Shown piece by piece: positions 25,266 through 36,330 of a stretch of 62,062 bases of DNA (its first letter is position 1; each line of letters begins with the position of its first letter). The translations under genes were made by a program, and so were the position numbers. The stretch lies in NCBI RefSeq assembly GCF_001194135.2, contig NC_068997.1:47829845-47891906 (forward strand), in the 5' to 3' direction. The notes beneath the pieces are model-generated. The model worked only from the letters and a program-made list of their open reading frames with translations. It searched no databases and was not told where the DNA came from. Source of the DNA: Octopus bimaculoides. Taxonomy: Eukaryota.

Positions 25266-26439
25266 CAAAAAACTTCAGTCTGCTCATACCAACCACAACA
25301 CGTTTTCCTGGTCAAGAACACCACACGTGTTTGACAAGCTCCCTTCTCTCCCAGCTTGACATTGTGTGACTTGCCTCTTCCCCAAGCGGAAAGCCATACT
25401 GAAAGGGGGAAACAATGTGTCATGAGAGGAAACTCAGAAAAGCAACAGTACCAGAGACAGTACCAGCAGTGGTACAACTACTGGGAGAAGTGTAAACTCC
25501 AAGGGGAGTATTTTGAAGGTAAATATACAAAATTGTTTTTCTTTACACCCAAATGTCAGACATTTTGAGTGCATTTTGTACAGTAGTGTCATTCAAAGTG
25601 AAAGGAAAACGGTTTCTGAAGACATTTGTTGTCCATTATAACAATTCAAGTTTGTTAACTTCGTTGTTTATCTTTTATAGCATTTATTTCAGTCATTGGA
25701 CAGTGAACTTGAAAAGTTTAGTCCAATAAAANNNNNNNNNNTGGACAGTGAACTTGAAAAGTTTAGTCCAATAAAAAAAAATTTAAAAAGTACCAGGGTC
25801 AATTTAAGTGCTGCCAAACTGCCAAGTTACAAGGATACAAACAAACCAACACTACCTGTCAAGCAACAGTGGTGGTTGGGGGAGACACAAAGACAGACAG
25901 ACAGGCTTCCACAGTTTCTGTTAACTAATTTCAACCCACAGAGGTATTGGAAGGCCAGAAGCTACAGAGGACACTTGGCCAAAGTGCTACACGGTGGGAT
26001 CAAACCTGAAAGCAAATAGTTACAAGGCAAGCTTCTTAAGCGTACAGTCATATTTCTCAAACAAGAGAAAACAAGATATCATGTATAGTTCATTCAGTTA
26101 ACCTCAACATGTAATTAAATTTTGTGACAAACAGCAGCAAATAACACCTCGCTATTAACTATTCACAAATTGCTTTACAGTTTCTTCTTACAACCTTCTT
26201 TATGACTATGATGTGATGGCACTTTAGTTTACTATTGAATTTAAACTGTGCTCATACCTAAACTTTGTTGACTGAGCAACAAAGACTCACTGCCTAAATT
26301 CATCTTCCTAACAATCCTCAGACAAATGCATATTGTATCAACTTTATCACATTAACCTGGTGACTAGGACTGGTTTTAAGCCAATTACAAAGATTTACTC
26401 TAGGACTGGTTTTAAGCCAATTATACAGATTTGTTCAAA

Positions 26440-27610
26440 TTTGGCCGTGTCAAGAGAAGGCTCATGTAAATGCTTCAGCAGAGGATGCTACGATGAATTT
26501 GTAGTGTATCATTGAGAAGAGGACAGTGGTGTTGAGGACCTACTCTAGGTCGCTTGATGCCATCACCTTCTTCGACAAGGAAAGAGATTATTGAAGAGCT
26601 GGCAAAATGTTTGCCAGCAAAGAATTACTTTATATCCAGGGGTGTCAAATATGTAATGGTGTGGTTGCTATTTGACACCCCTAAGGAAGCTTGCAATTGC
26701 GCAAACCAGCCCCTGGTGGGGGAAAAGATATTGTTCCTCCCACAGTGTGGCAAGAAAGTAACAAGGGCTTGGGTTTGCAGTTTGCTGCCAGGAGTCAGGC
26801 TATATTAGGAAGAACTGCCTCCGGGACCGAGGTAAGGCCCTAGAGCAGGAAAAAGAAAAGTGCCCTCCGCTCCCTCATAGGAGGGAGATACGGGAGTCAT
26901 GGAGGTGGCTGCCTCTACGAAAAAGAGAAAGTGGAAGAAGGTGAGCAACAATGGTTGCTCACCGAAGGATCCACAGGTTGTGGGAGGGGTGGACCTTCTG
27001 GAAAAAAAGTGGATGGGACATGGTCAGCAAATAATAATACACCGGCGGCATGTCCTGATGCTTCAACGGTGGGAATGGTGCCACCGATTAAGGAGATTAA
27101 GGCCCCCCCCCCCCACCGGTGAGTGGGATAGTGATTGCATAGTCTTCTACCACAGGGAAGGGGTCATGGAGTATTATCTGGATAGTACATGGGGCCGCAA
27201 ACATTCGGAATTCGGGTGCCTGGACTATCCCGAGTTGCCTCTGCAGGTGTAGGCGAAGGTTTTAAGTAACAGAGAACTGTTTGAAATATTGGCCTCCTTC
27301 AGAAAGGAGGAATCCGAATTCTTTTCTATAGGCCTCAACTTGTTGCGGCAGGCTTGCCTGCGGTCGGCAAGAAAATTACTCGGGGAAGATAAGAGGCTTA
27401 AGTGCCTTCTTTGATTCAATTTTGATGTAATTTAAATTGTAATTTGAATTGTAAAGAACAGTGATTTCAAGGGGCTTTCAGTCGGTGGGTGCCAAATACC
27501 CCTCCCATTTATAACATTTGTATGTTTTCATCCCATTAATATATTTGTCCAGCCCGCATTGCTTTTGTGTGATGCCCCAGTGGCGAATATCTATTAAATA
27601 ATGAAGTATA
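26440..27610 (+). mobile_element. ORF1/Gag-like orphan element, copy C
   Basis: EKRTVVLRTY, IIEELAKCLPAKNYFISRGVKY, KKRKWKKVSNNGCSPKDP and CIVFYHREG, followed by the shared 3' end AAGAACAGTGATTT...CAGTCGGTGGG...TTTGTCCAGCCCGCA. Confidence 0.7.
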
Positions 27611-28574
27611 AAATATCAACTTCAGAACCCATCTCCTTGCTGACAATTCTCTAATAGGGCCCCTGCACTTCCTAACACCAACCCTGCTGATGGCACTATT
27701 TCTGGTCATTTCATACCATTTAATTACTAAGAAATTTTTTGCCCTTTTATATTTCATAAAATTATTTAGCACTTGTGTTATATAAATATTTCCAAAACCA
27801 TGACAAAGATACAAAGTAAAATATTTTCTCTGAAACTGTACCAGTTATGAATATGGCAGCTGTGTGAAGCCAGTGGTATATATGGCAGTTAACAGGTTAA
27901 TATTGTAATAGTAACTCTTCATACTGTAACAGTTACCTAATATATAATGCAGAAACATGAACATTGATGAAAATTGACAAAAAAGCTTTTGAAATATGGA
28001 CATATAGAAGAATGTTAATATCTTAGTCAAAGCAAAACTAAATACTACACTGAGCAAGATTACTCAGCTTTTTGAAAACAAAAGCTAAAATATTTTAGTC
28101 ACACACAAAGACTAATAGGAAAGATAAATGGAAAATTCCCAAGAGGAAGACCTAGAACAAACTGGTTTGATAACACCAAGGACTGGTCTAAACTACCATG
28201 CAGTGAATGTAAGAATGGCAGAGAAAAGATCCAAATGGCAATCCATGGTATTCAAGCTGCTGAGAGCCGATGACACCAAATGAAGTTACCCTTGAGTGAA
28301 TCTTCAATAAACAGCAGAACAATCTTTTGCAGCTTCCAGTTANNNNNNNNNNAAAAAAAAAAAAAAAAAAAAATCAGGTAATATCTTATGTTAGTCTTAC
28401 ACAGCATTACCAGCCATTATACTGTTCAGGCTGAAAAAACCTGTATGTAATGGAGAGGAACACAAAGAATCAACCATTATCTACAAATGATTATGAATGT
28501 ATAATGCTTTCACTAACTGTTTTAGGGGCCTATGTAGTTGTAAGCAGCTTGATTTAGGTGCCTATATAGTAAGC

Positions 28575-28800
28575 AGTGTATGTTGGGCTCTCATTATTTG
28601 ACCCATTGGCACATTGAGAATGTGCCAAGTGAAAGGAGAAACAGCTGCACCAGCAGTCAGTTGGTACTCATTTTTAGCTGAGAAGTCTACAGGAACATGA
28701 AGTGCCTTGCTCAAGGGCACAATGTACTTCCTGGTCTGGAAACTGAATCCATGATGCTAAGATCATTAGTTGAACAAACTAATTACACAGCAGTGTAGCT
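28575..28800 (-). mobile_element. Second SINE family fragment
   Basis: AAGTGCCTTGCTCAAGGGCACAA followed by a reverse B-box-like segment. Similar sequence at ~44925-45090. Confidence 0.55.
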
Positions 28801-29379
28801 TCATTAGAGATTCAACTATTTAAGACATTCTGACCAGATCCCTCGTGAACTCTTCATTGAATTTGTAACAGGAAATTCAAAGTTATCTGGAAGTTAGAGA
28901 CCTGCAGAAATTTAAGTGATCTTGGCACCCTCTCAATGCCCTGTCTGAAACTGCAGAAAATACTAGTAAACTCTGTAAGCAATGATCATGATGCTGTCAT
29001 GAAGAAATCAACCTACATAGAAAGTTGCCAATTTTGTGTTGGCCTCTGGCATGAAACCTTGCAACAAAGGGTGAAAATGGTGACATTATTTCATGACCGT
29101 TAAAAAAGCCACAACATTTTCATTTACAACTCTTGCTATGATAAAGGCTATGAAAAATGCCCTTGCAAAAGCTATTATATACTGTTGGGAATTTTCCAGT
29201 TTCCCTTCTTTCTCTATAGACTTTCCTGTTTCTGATAGAGCTTTGCTCAATATGTTAACCCTTCCTTCACCAAATGTCAAATATATTTCTTGCACATATC
29301 CTCACGTTTGTTTTTTAATTCTTTATTTGAATTGACTTTTTACTGCATGCTTACATGACCAGCCCCATCCAGTTGGAGT

Positions 29380-29900
29380 ACCGAATTCTTGGATTTCTCT
29401 CTCCCATTGGATTACACAGCCCACAACCTACGAGACCTTTTGGCCCACAGCTTCTTCCCTAACCCAACCTCCCAAAACAGCTTGTNNNNNNNNNNGCTCC
29501 CACTCATGCCGCTGCATTTGCCCAAAATTCTCCAACATCACCCTCTTCACAGGCCCCTATCATATCACCGACTCCTTCACCTGCACTTCTAGCAACATCT
29601 ACTGCATTTCCTGCTCTGTCCTCTATACATCGGTCAAATGGGATGCCACTAGGTTGACCGGTTCGCAGAACACTGAGACAGGCACGGCAATGACATCCTG
29701 GTCTCGCACCATTTCTGCTCTACCGGTCACTCTTTACAACACCAATGTGTTTGGATTGTCCTTGTATAGGGGCCCATCCAGACTCCAGTCTTCGCCGTGA
29801 GCAAGGATTAATCTCTTTGTTCCTTTGCACCACATGGGTTCAACTCTCCTCCCCTCTCTACCTGGATTACCACTAGATCTACCGATTCTACTTTCACTGG
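29380..29900 (+). mobile_element. Penelope-like element C-terminus (GIY-YIG endonuclease) remnant
   Basis: AHNLRDLL, HITDSFTCTSSN.IYCISC...LYIGQ, DRFAEH, SHHFCSTGHS and APHGFN: the typical PLE GIY-YIG motif order. Confidence 0.85.
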
Positions 29901-30880
29901 ATTTTTTTGCTGATATCTCGAGATCTAGCAAGCTTTTGCCATTTTGCTCGACATGTGGTTTCCATCAATGCTGAGCTTGCCTTGGAATACCTGCATTACC
30001 ATTTTACAGATATATCACTCCGATCAAAATTCCAACCAATACTATTCTCAACTAAGGGTTGCACATCAGCTGTGTTAACCCCCTCAAAAGGTGCTCACCA
30101 TGCACTGCATGCTTCACACCAGATAATGAATCATCGCTCAGTGACAGCTCAATCCTTTCTCCATTGAGTGAGCTTTTCTTAGTCTTTTGTTCATGACTAT
30201 CTGATAGACTGTTACATTTAAAATTGAAAGAACAAAATATTTTATGGTCCCTTGGTTTGGTTCTGTTTCTTTCTCAACCAACTTTTTTGCAATACTGATT
30301 TGGAACTAATTCCTACTTAATCTTGCTTTTCTCTACTTGAGAGAATATGTAAGAAAGAACCAAAATGGTTTCTTGATGTTGGTAGTATAGATACAAAAAT
30401 AGCAAATAATACTTGGCATCATGGTTGCTGCTTCTCATTACCATTTCTTCCTAAACTGTTATCCTTCAAAGATTGTTGATATGTATTGCAAATGGCTGAT
30501 ATCTCAATTCATTTTGGATTGCAAGTAGTTTGCATCCTTCACATGCACGTGTCAGTGTTTTCCTTTCACTGAATGGTGTCAGGACATCGGTGTGCAGCAT
30601 CGTGAATTGTTGAACTATTGAAGCGCAACTATAAGGTAAGGCATTTGTTTTTTGGGATTCAGTGGGGGTTTGTTGTTTATTTTTTCAAACAAACAATCCC
30701 TACTGGATTCTGGGCATTTGTCTGCCTGTAGTTGTGCTAAGTGTCTCACTTAGCTGTGAGAAGGGTATTGTTTTGGGGGCATATCCCACCTCCAAAAACA
30801 GAAAATTTTTTTCACCAATTTTTGGTGAAATTTGTGGTGCTGTGTTCCTGTATTACAATCTCTTTCGTGGGGCCTGTTGG

Positions 30881-31118
30881 TTATGATCTGCTGGGACTCA
30901 GTGGGTAGACTCACTGTGACGCACCTTAGGGTGATGTCCGGTTTGTTGAAACCCGCTGTTTTTTACTCGGCAGATGGATGCACCATCAGGTAGACCCGGT
31001 ATATTATGATCCTCTGGGACTCAGTGGGTAGACTCACTTACTGTGATGCACCTTGTGGTGATGTCCAGTTTGTTGGAACCCACTTTTTTTTTACCCGGTT
31101 GATGGATGCACTGCCAGG
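30881..31118. repeat. Two tandem ~123-bp units
   Basis: TTATGATC..CTGGGACTCAGTGGGTAGACTCAC...GATGGATGCAC...CAGG starts at 30881 and again at 31004. Confidence 0.9.
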
Positions 31119-31139
31119 CTTCACCCTTATGGACACTAC

Positions 31140-32040
31140 CTTGGCATGGTGAAAGAGCTTACGTCCGTGTGGGGTTGCATGCTGGATGGATCATGTATCA
31201 TGCCAGATATATGCCTCCACATAGGACAAACTAAACATGTCCATTGTTTCCCCAAAGCGGTACCAATTTTTTGGTGGGGACCATGTAGTGCATGGGTGAT
31301 CCTGATCTGGGAGGTGCAGGCCTTCCTGCTCGGGGTGGTGGGCTACCGTTAGTCTGCCGTCTAGTTGTCCCATGTTGTCTATTTATAGATCGACCCGTCT
31401 ATATCAGCTGTCATGGGGGTGTAGTACTATGGAGTTCCCAGCCAGACAGATAGTCATTCACTGATTCATTCGATGTATTATATGGGGGTTCCTCATGTTT
31501 TATATAGGAGGGTCTTTGATAGGTTATCGTGTTTGATTGGTCGGTTCCTCGGTTTGTTCAGTTGGGTCCTTGTACAGGAGGGTCCTGTTTTTAGGATTTG
31601 GTGAACGTCATCGTGCCCGGTTGGCAATGCCTGGCGTCTTGTGGCTCGTGCTGGTAGTTATTTAGAGACTTGGTGTGATGTGAAAGCTTGCTACCATGGG
31701 GAGGGTAGCTATGCTTGCTACTACGGGGCGAGTGGCCACACCACTAGGGTGACTGAGAGTCATGACCCTCTCGTTTCGGTGGAGCCCGGTGAGTTATGAC
31801 CTGCTTTTGATGCAGGTGGATGCACCGCCGGGATCTGCCTGCACGCTTATATGGCGTTTGGTGCAGTAATCCTCTGTTACGTTTGGGTGGATGCACAATA
31901 GGACTTGGCTGAAATCTACTGCTAGCATTGGGTGCATGCATTGCCAGGTAGAACCTTCCGTGGCCTGCATTTCTGAGTCTAGTCGGTTGGTCGGAGGGCA
32001 TTCTAGTCGGCTGGGGTGATGGTGGTCTGTCTCTTTGGTA
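31140..32040 (-). mobile_element. Unclassified decayed retroelement-like coding remnant
   Basis: The minus strand is A/C-rich with long low-stop stretches and a possible degenerate knuckle (GKQWTCLVCPMWRHISG). CpG content is higher than in the flanks. Confidence 0.3.
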
Positions 32041-32118
32041 GGGTTTAGCTTTGCGCCTCCCGTAAGTTTAACTTCATCGTTTTAGCCATGTACTCATGGA
32101 AACTGCCACCCTAGTAAT

Positions 32119-32850
32119 ATGAGTAACAATAAAATATACATATGGCAGCCAGGCGCCGTAAATCTGGTGGCCTGTGGGTCTAGGCCCACAGGTCAGGCTG
32201 ATCATGATACACAAACATGCTTTGCCGGAGAGTTACCTTCCCCTGTTGTGGACAATGGACCATCTCCGCAGCAAGGTACAGTCAGTGGTCCAACTGGTTT
32301 CAGCTGGAACAGCGGCGGGAATGTTAATAAGCTCCTGTCACTGATATACGAAAGAAAGAGAGAGGGACTGTTTAGGTTAGTCTACCCTACTCATACGCTA
32401 GTAGTGAAGGGATCTCAACTTTCAGAAGATCTTGCTAAGGATCCCCTCCATGACAACCATTCTCATTTTAGAAGTGGACCGAGAGGTGGAAAGTGGGATA
32501 TTACATCCCACTCCTGCAGGAAGTGAATTTCCGCTTCCCATCCCCTGCGGATCGTGCTCTATTGCCTGTCTGCTATGTCCTCAGCGTTTCTCTTCTCCCA
32601 GTCATTGGGGAGTACATTTAGAATGTAGACATGGAATAAAGCCAGTCAATAAATGCAGTAGGTGTGATAGGGAAAGCGGACACCTCCACTCGATGAGGTG
32701 CCACGCCAGTAAGTGCAATGCTCATTTTCATGCCCCAAGTCCGACTAGGTTTCCTTTTAAATGTGACCACTGCAGCCATTCTTTTTTGACCGCTGTAGGA
32801 TGATCTCAGCACGAGCGCCATAAGCATCCTTTGGTTGCGAATGTGCTTGA
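32119..32850 (+). pseudogene. R2-superfamily non-LTR retrotransposon N-terminus with three zinc fingers (CCHH-CCHC-CCHH)
   Basis: CLLCPQRFSSPSHWGVHLECRH, CSRCDRESGHLHSMRCHASKC and FKCDHCSHSFLTAVG*SQHERHKHP (one in-frame TGA at 32801). This is the finger order known for R2 A-clade proteins. Confidence 0.7.
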
Positions 32851-32889
32851 AACGTGCCTGAAACTATGCCATATAAAGAACTGTCCTCA

Positions 32890-33835
32890 GGATCAGAGTA
32901 GGGTCCTGGAGCAGATGGTTGAAGAAGCGCCCCCCCCCTTCCTCATTCAGAGAGAGAGAGATGGAGACTGTAGAGGAGGAGGAAGCCTCCTCGAAAAAGG
33001 GAGGAAAAAGGAAGAAGGTGGGTAACAATTGCTGCCCACCAAGGGATCCCAAAAAGGAGACTGAAACTGTAGAGGGAACGAAAATCTTCCAGACAAAACA
33101 GAACTCCATGCTCCATGGTAAAAACAAAAGGAAAACGGAGCATTGCCAGCAGTTACTAATACACTGCTGGCATGTTCCAAAACCCCATCGGTGGGAATTG
33201 TGCCATTGACAGTGGAAATTGGCCTCACTATGTGGAGGAGGAATCTTTAGTCTTCTTCCACAAGGGACGGGCAGTACATAAAGTTTATGCAAAAGTTTGC
33301 CAAAGGTCAGAGGAGAGGGGTTCTGACCTGCACTCGGGATCCCGATTGGCCTCCGCAGGTAGCTGTGGAGGTCGTGTAGGAGACTAATCTCTGCAAGGTG
33401 ACAAACTCCTTCACTGAAGATACGTTTCGCTTCCTGCTGAAGCACCCTGACCTAGCACCGTTGAGGTGCTTGTATGAGGCATTGAGCCTGGTCGGCTATC
33501 AGCAGGTAAGAAAATAATGGTAGAACAAAGTTAAGAGGTTTAAGTGCCTTGTATTGAAAGGGTGTATAACCCATTTAAAAAAAATATTATAGGCTTAGAG
33601 CCTCATTTTTAAGGACCTTGCATCCAAAATGAACAGAAGAGGTTTATAACCTCAATTAGATGTATAAAGAACAATGTTTTGGGAAGCAGCGACTGGCAGG
33701 TGTCATCTGCCTTCCCTCACCAATTTCATCTATTCATTTTTCATTCATTCCATCCTGTGTTTTGTCTAGCCCACAGCTACTTCTGTGTATGGCATTTATG
33801 GCCAATTTTATGAAATAAAGTAGCCATTCCTAATA
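32890..33835 (+). mobile_element. ORF1/Gag-like orphan element, copy D (3' half)
   Basis: KKGGKRKKVGNNCCPPRDP matches KKRKWKKVSNNGCSPKDP in copy C. SLVFFHKG matches CIVFYHREG. AAGAGGTTTAAGTGCCTT matches AAGAGGCTTAAGTGCCTT. Shared 3' end ending in AATAAAGTAGCC. Confidence 0.7.
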
Positions 33836-35169
33836 GCCAGCAGTGGATTAAAGATTTAATCAAATGCTTTGTAGTTCCTAGGGAAATGGTGGTGGGGAAC
33901 TAATTTTACAAAATTGTCACTAGACCATCCTGCTCCCATGCCAAGTGAACACAGCCTCTCTGCATTTCCCAGTAGTAACCATTGACAGAGTCTATCAATG
34001 GACCCAGAATTGTCAGTCTTTGCAGTGGAACCAAAAGCCTTAAAGTTTCATTTACTCAACTATCTCCACTTAAGTAGGGATGTAGTTCCAGTTTGTGCAA
34101 TATATTTTTGAAAGTAGTATAAACGCAAGATGTAAATTTGGTGTCTTTTCATTTAAGACTGAAAATGGCCCCAAATATGTATTAGGGGCCAAATTGAATT
34201 ATTGTAGGTGATAGAAAATCTTCACATATTAACCCATAGAGGGGAGAAGCTATATCATGTAAATTAATGATACACAACATTCACACAAAAAATCCCACAA
34301 AAAGAAAGGGAGAAAAATGGGTATCATTGGTTTCTGTGATGAATATGGTTTTAATCTCAATGTAGCAAAGCTTAAACTCATTCGAGTGATGTGATAAAAT
34401 ATTTGACAAAATAACTATGAAATAAGATGGTTAGAAAGAAGTCATTCATTTTAAAGGGTGTGACAAGACTGGTTGTGTGTGACATGCATGCCTTTTACTC
34501 TCAAAGGCTAAATATCTTCATGAGTGGAACAAACCTTCAAGTTATCTCTTTGGATTTTTAGAAACCAGAACAGGATTTTTTTCTGAAGACTTGTGCAACA
34601 ACATAATGAAATTTACATTTCATGAACGAATTGCCCAGCTCCTATGTAGTCACATGAGTTGCTAGAAATAACCTAAATGTCTCTCAAATTACACCTTATA
34701 GCTTTTAAAAGGAAAATCCCATTGGACAATGTAGTCTTAATGGTAAAGATAAAATAGGGTAGTGAAGATTAGATCACAAGTTACTTAAGACCAACCGGTT
34801 GGAGCCCCAATTACTGAGTTTTGGAGTCCATCTTTCAATCCAGAATAGCTAACCTTGAACAACTTAAAATTGTGATAACTGAAGCCCACCAAAATTTTTC
34901 TTTTTTTATATTTAGAATTATTTGTTGATTCCTAAGTTATAATTTTTCAGAGTTAGTCCCTCTTACAGATTCTTATCTCTCCAATGCTTTGATGACCAAA
35001 TCTTCTAAAAACTAATGACGGGTTAAAAAAAAAAAAAAAAATGGCAGACTCCCCAAAGACTCATGATCAAGCAGCTTTGCTTAAGCAGTCCGAGGGCCTA
35101 AGTTTGCACAAGTGTTCATCTATCTCTTCCCTTTGAAAGTAAGCCCACTGTTCAACTAACATGCTCATC

Positions 35170-36330
35170 AAAATCCGACCTTAGAAGAATAAGTAAATTT
35201 ATTATTGATATGATGAACCCCAGAGTAAAGAGTAATGTCAATTTACCACTTTAGAATAGTATGGGTGACATCACATGGTTCTGTTCATTAGATAGTGAAA
35301 GGAAAACGTTATACAAGTAATTGATACAAGTAATTATCAATCTACATCACAGAAGTTGTTGGATAAAGCAAATTGCCTTTACTCAAAGATTTAATATCAT
35401 CCCATTGAAGAAAGACATAACTGACAGGTAAGCATCGATATCCTTTAGGGATAAGAGCTGGACACGAAATGACCAAGATAATTTTGATGCAACAATGAGG
35501 TCTTTGGACGTCTCAAATTATAGACTTGGTTGGCTTATTCCTGCTTTCAAAAATAAAGTTCCTTAACATTAAAGGAGGGTTTTTGCAGGGACGATGAATT
35601 ATTCACATTAACTGGCTCCCCTTTACAAGTTGTGGATAGGGCTAGAAAAGCTTTGTAATGCTTTCGAATATTATATCTAACTAGCATTCCTTAAAATTTA
35701 TCAAAGGTAGTAAACTTCTTGGACGTTACCTTAAATCTCAAGAATGGTTTGTTCTCTTATAATAAACTGAATAAAACAATACAGTACATTAATACTAATG
35801 TCATATAACCAGTTATAAATGGTGTAATAAGAATATCAAATCTTTCAGCTAATGAAAACATTTTTAATAACCACCCATCATTGTATAACACAGCACTTAG
35901 TGGTTTCCACAAGAACATTTATATAAGAAATACAATATTTAAAAGTAAACTCTTTCCAGGCTTAAGTTAAATATTGACATTCCATCAGTAAATGAGCCTG
36001 TTGAACAATGGATTTCCCATATAGATATTATAATTTTATAACAGATTCAGTAACAGGCAGTTAGGAACAATTCCACAAGAAAGTAGGAAATAATTATTTG
36101 GTTCACCCCTCCCTTTTCCCTTCAAGTTGAGAATCTCCAAATTATTCTTTAAGATCATTGAAAAAAAGTTTCCTACAGGTCTACAGACCATCTTTAACAA
36201 ATCTAGTTAAAGCTGTCGTATTCAACATCACCTAATTTAGGCTCCGTCATTGCAGCTAATAGACTTAAACTTAATACAAAGGAATCTATGGAACAATCAG
36301 GTGTAGTAATCTGAATCCCCCCCTACCCAA
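35170..36330 (+). mobile_element. Penelope-like RT remnant (second copy)
   Basis: DNFDATM, IDLVGLFLLSKI, RDDEL and VNFLDVTLNLKNG; same motif order as 21200-21560. Confidence 0.75.

Noticed and set aside
25395-25430. Gypsy polypurine tract plus LTR start (AAAGGGGGAAACAA-TG)
   Set aside because: No second LTR copy or defined LTR end is available to confirm it.
25696-25771. Direct repeat TGGACAGTGAACTTGAAAAGTTTAGTCCAATAAAA
   Set aside because: Identical copies flank a 10-N gap, which indicates a contig-overlap artefact.
32030-32120. HDV-like ribozyme or 28S rDNA target at the R2-like 5' end
   Set aside because: CCTCCCGT resembles L3, but P1, P2 and P3 cannot be paired, and no rDNA sequence is present.
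32432-32830. Host C2H2 zinc-finger gene exon
   Set aside because: It lacks TGEKP linkers and includes a CCHC finger plus a terminal HP typical of R2 elements. It has a nonsense codon and sits among TEs.
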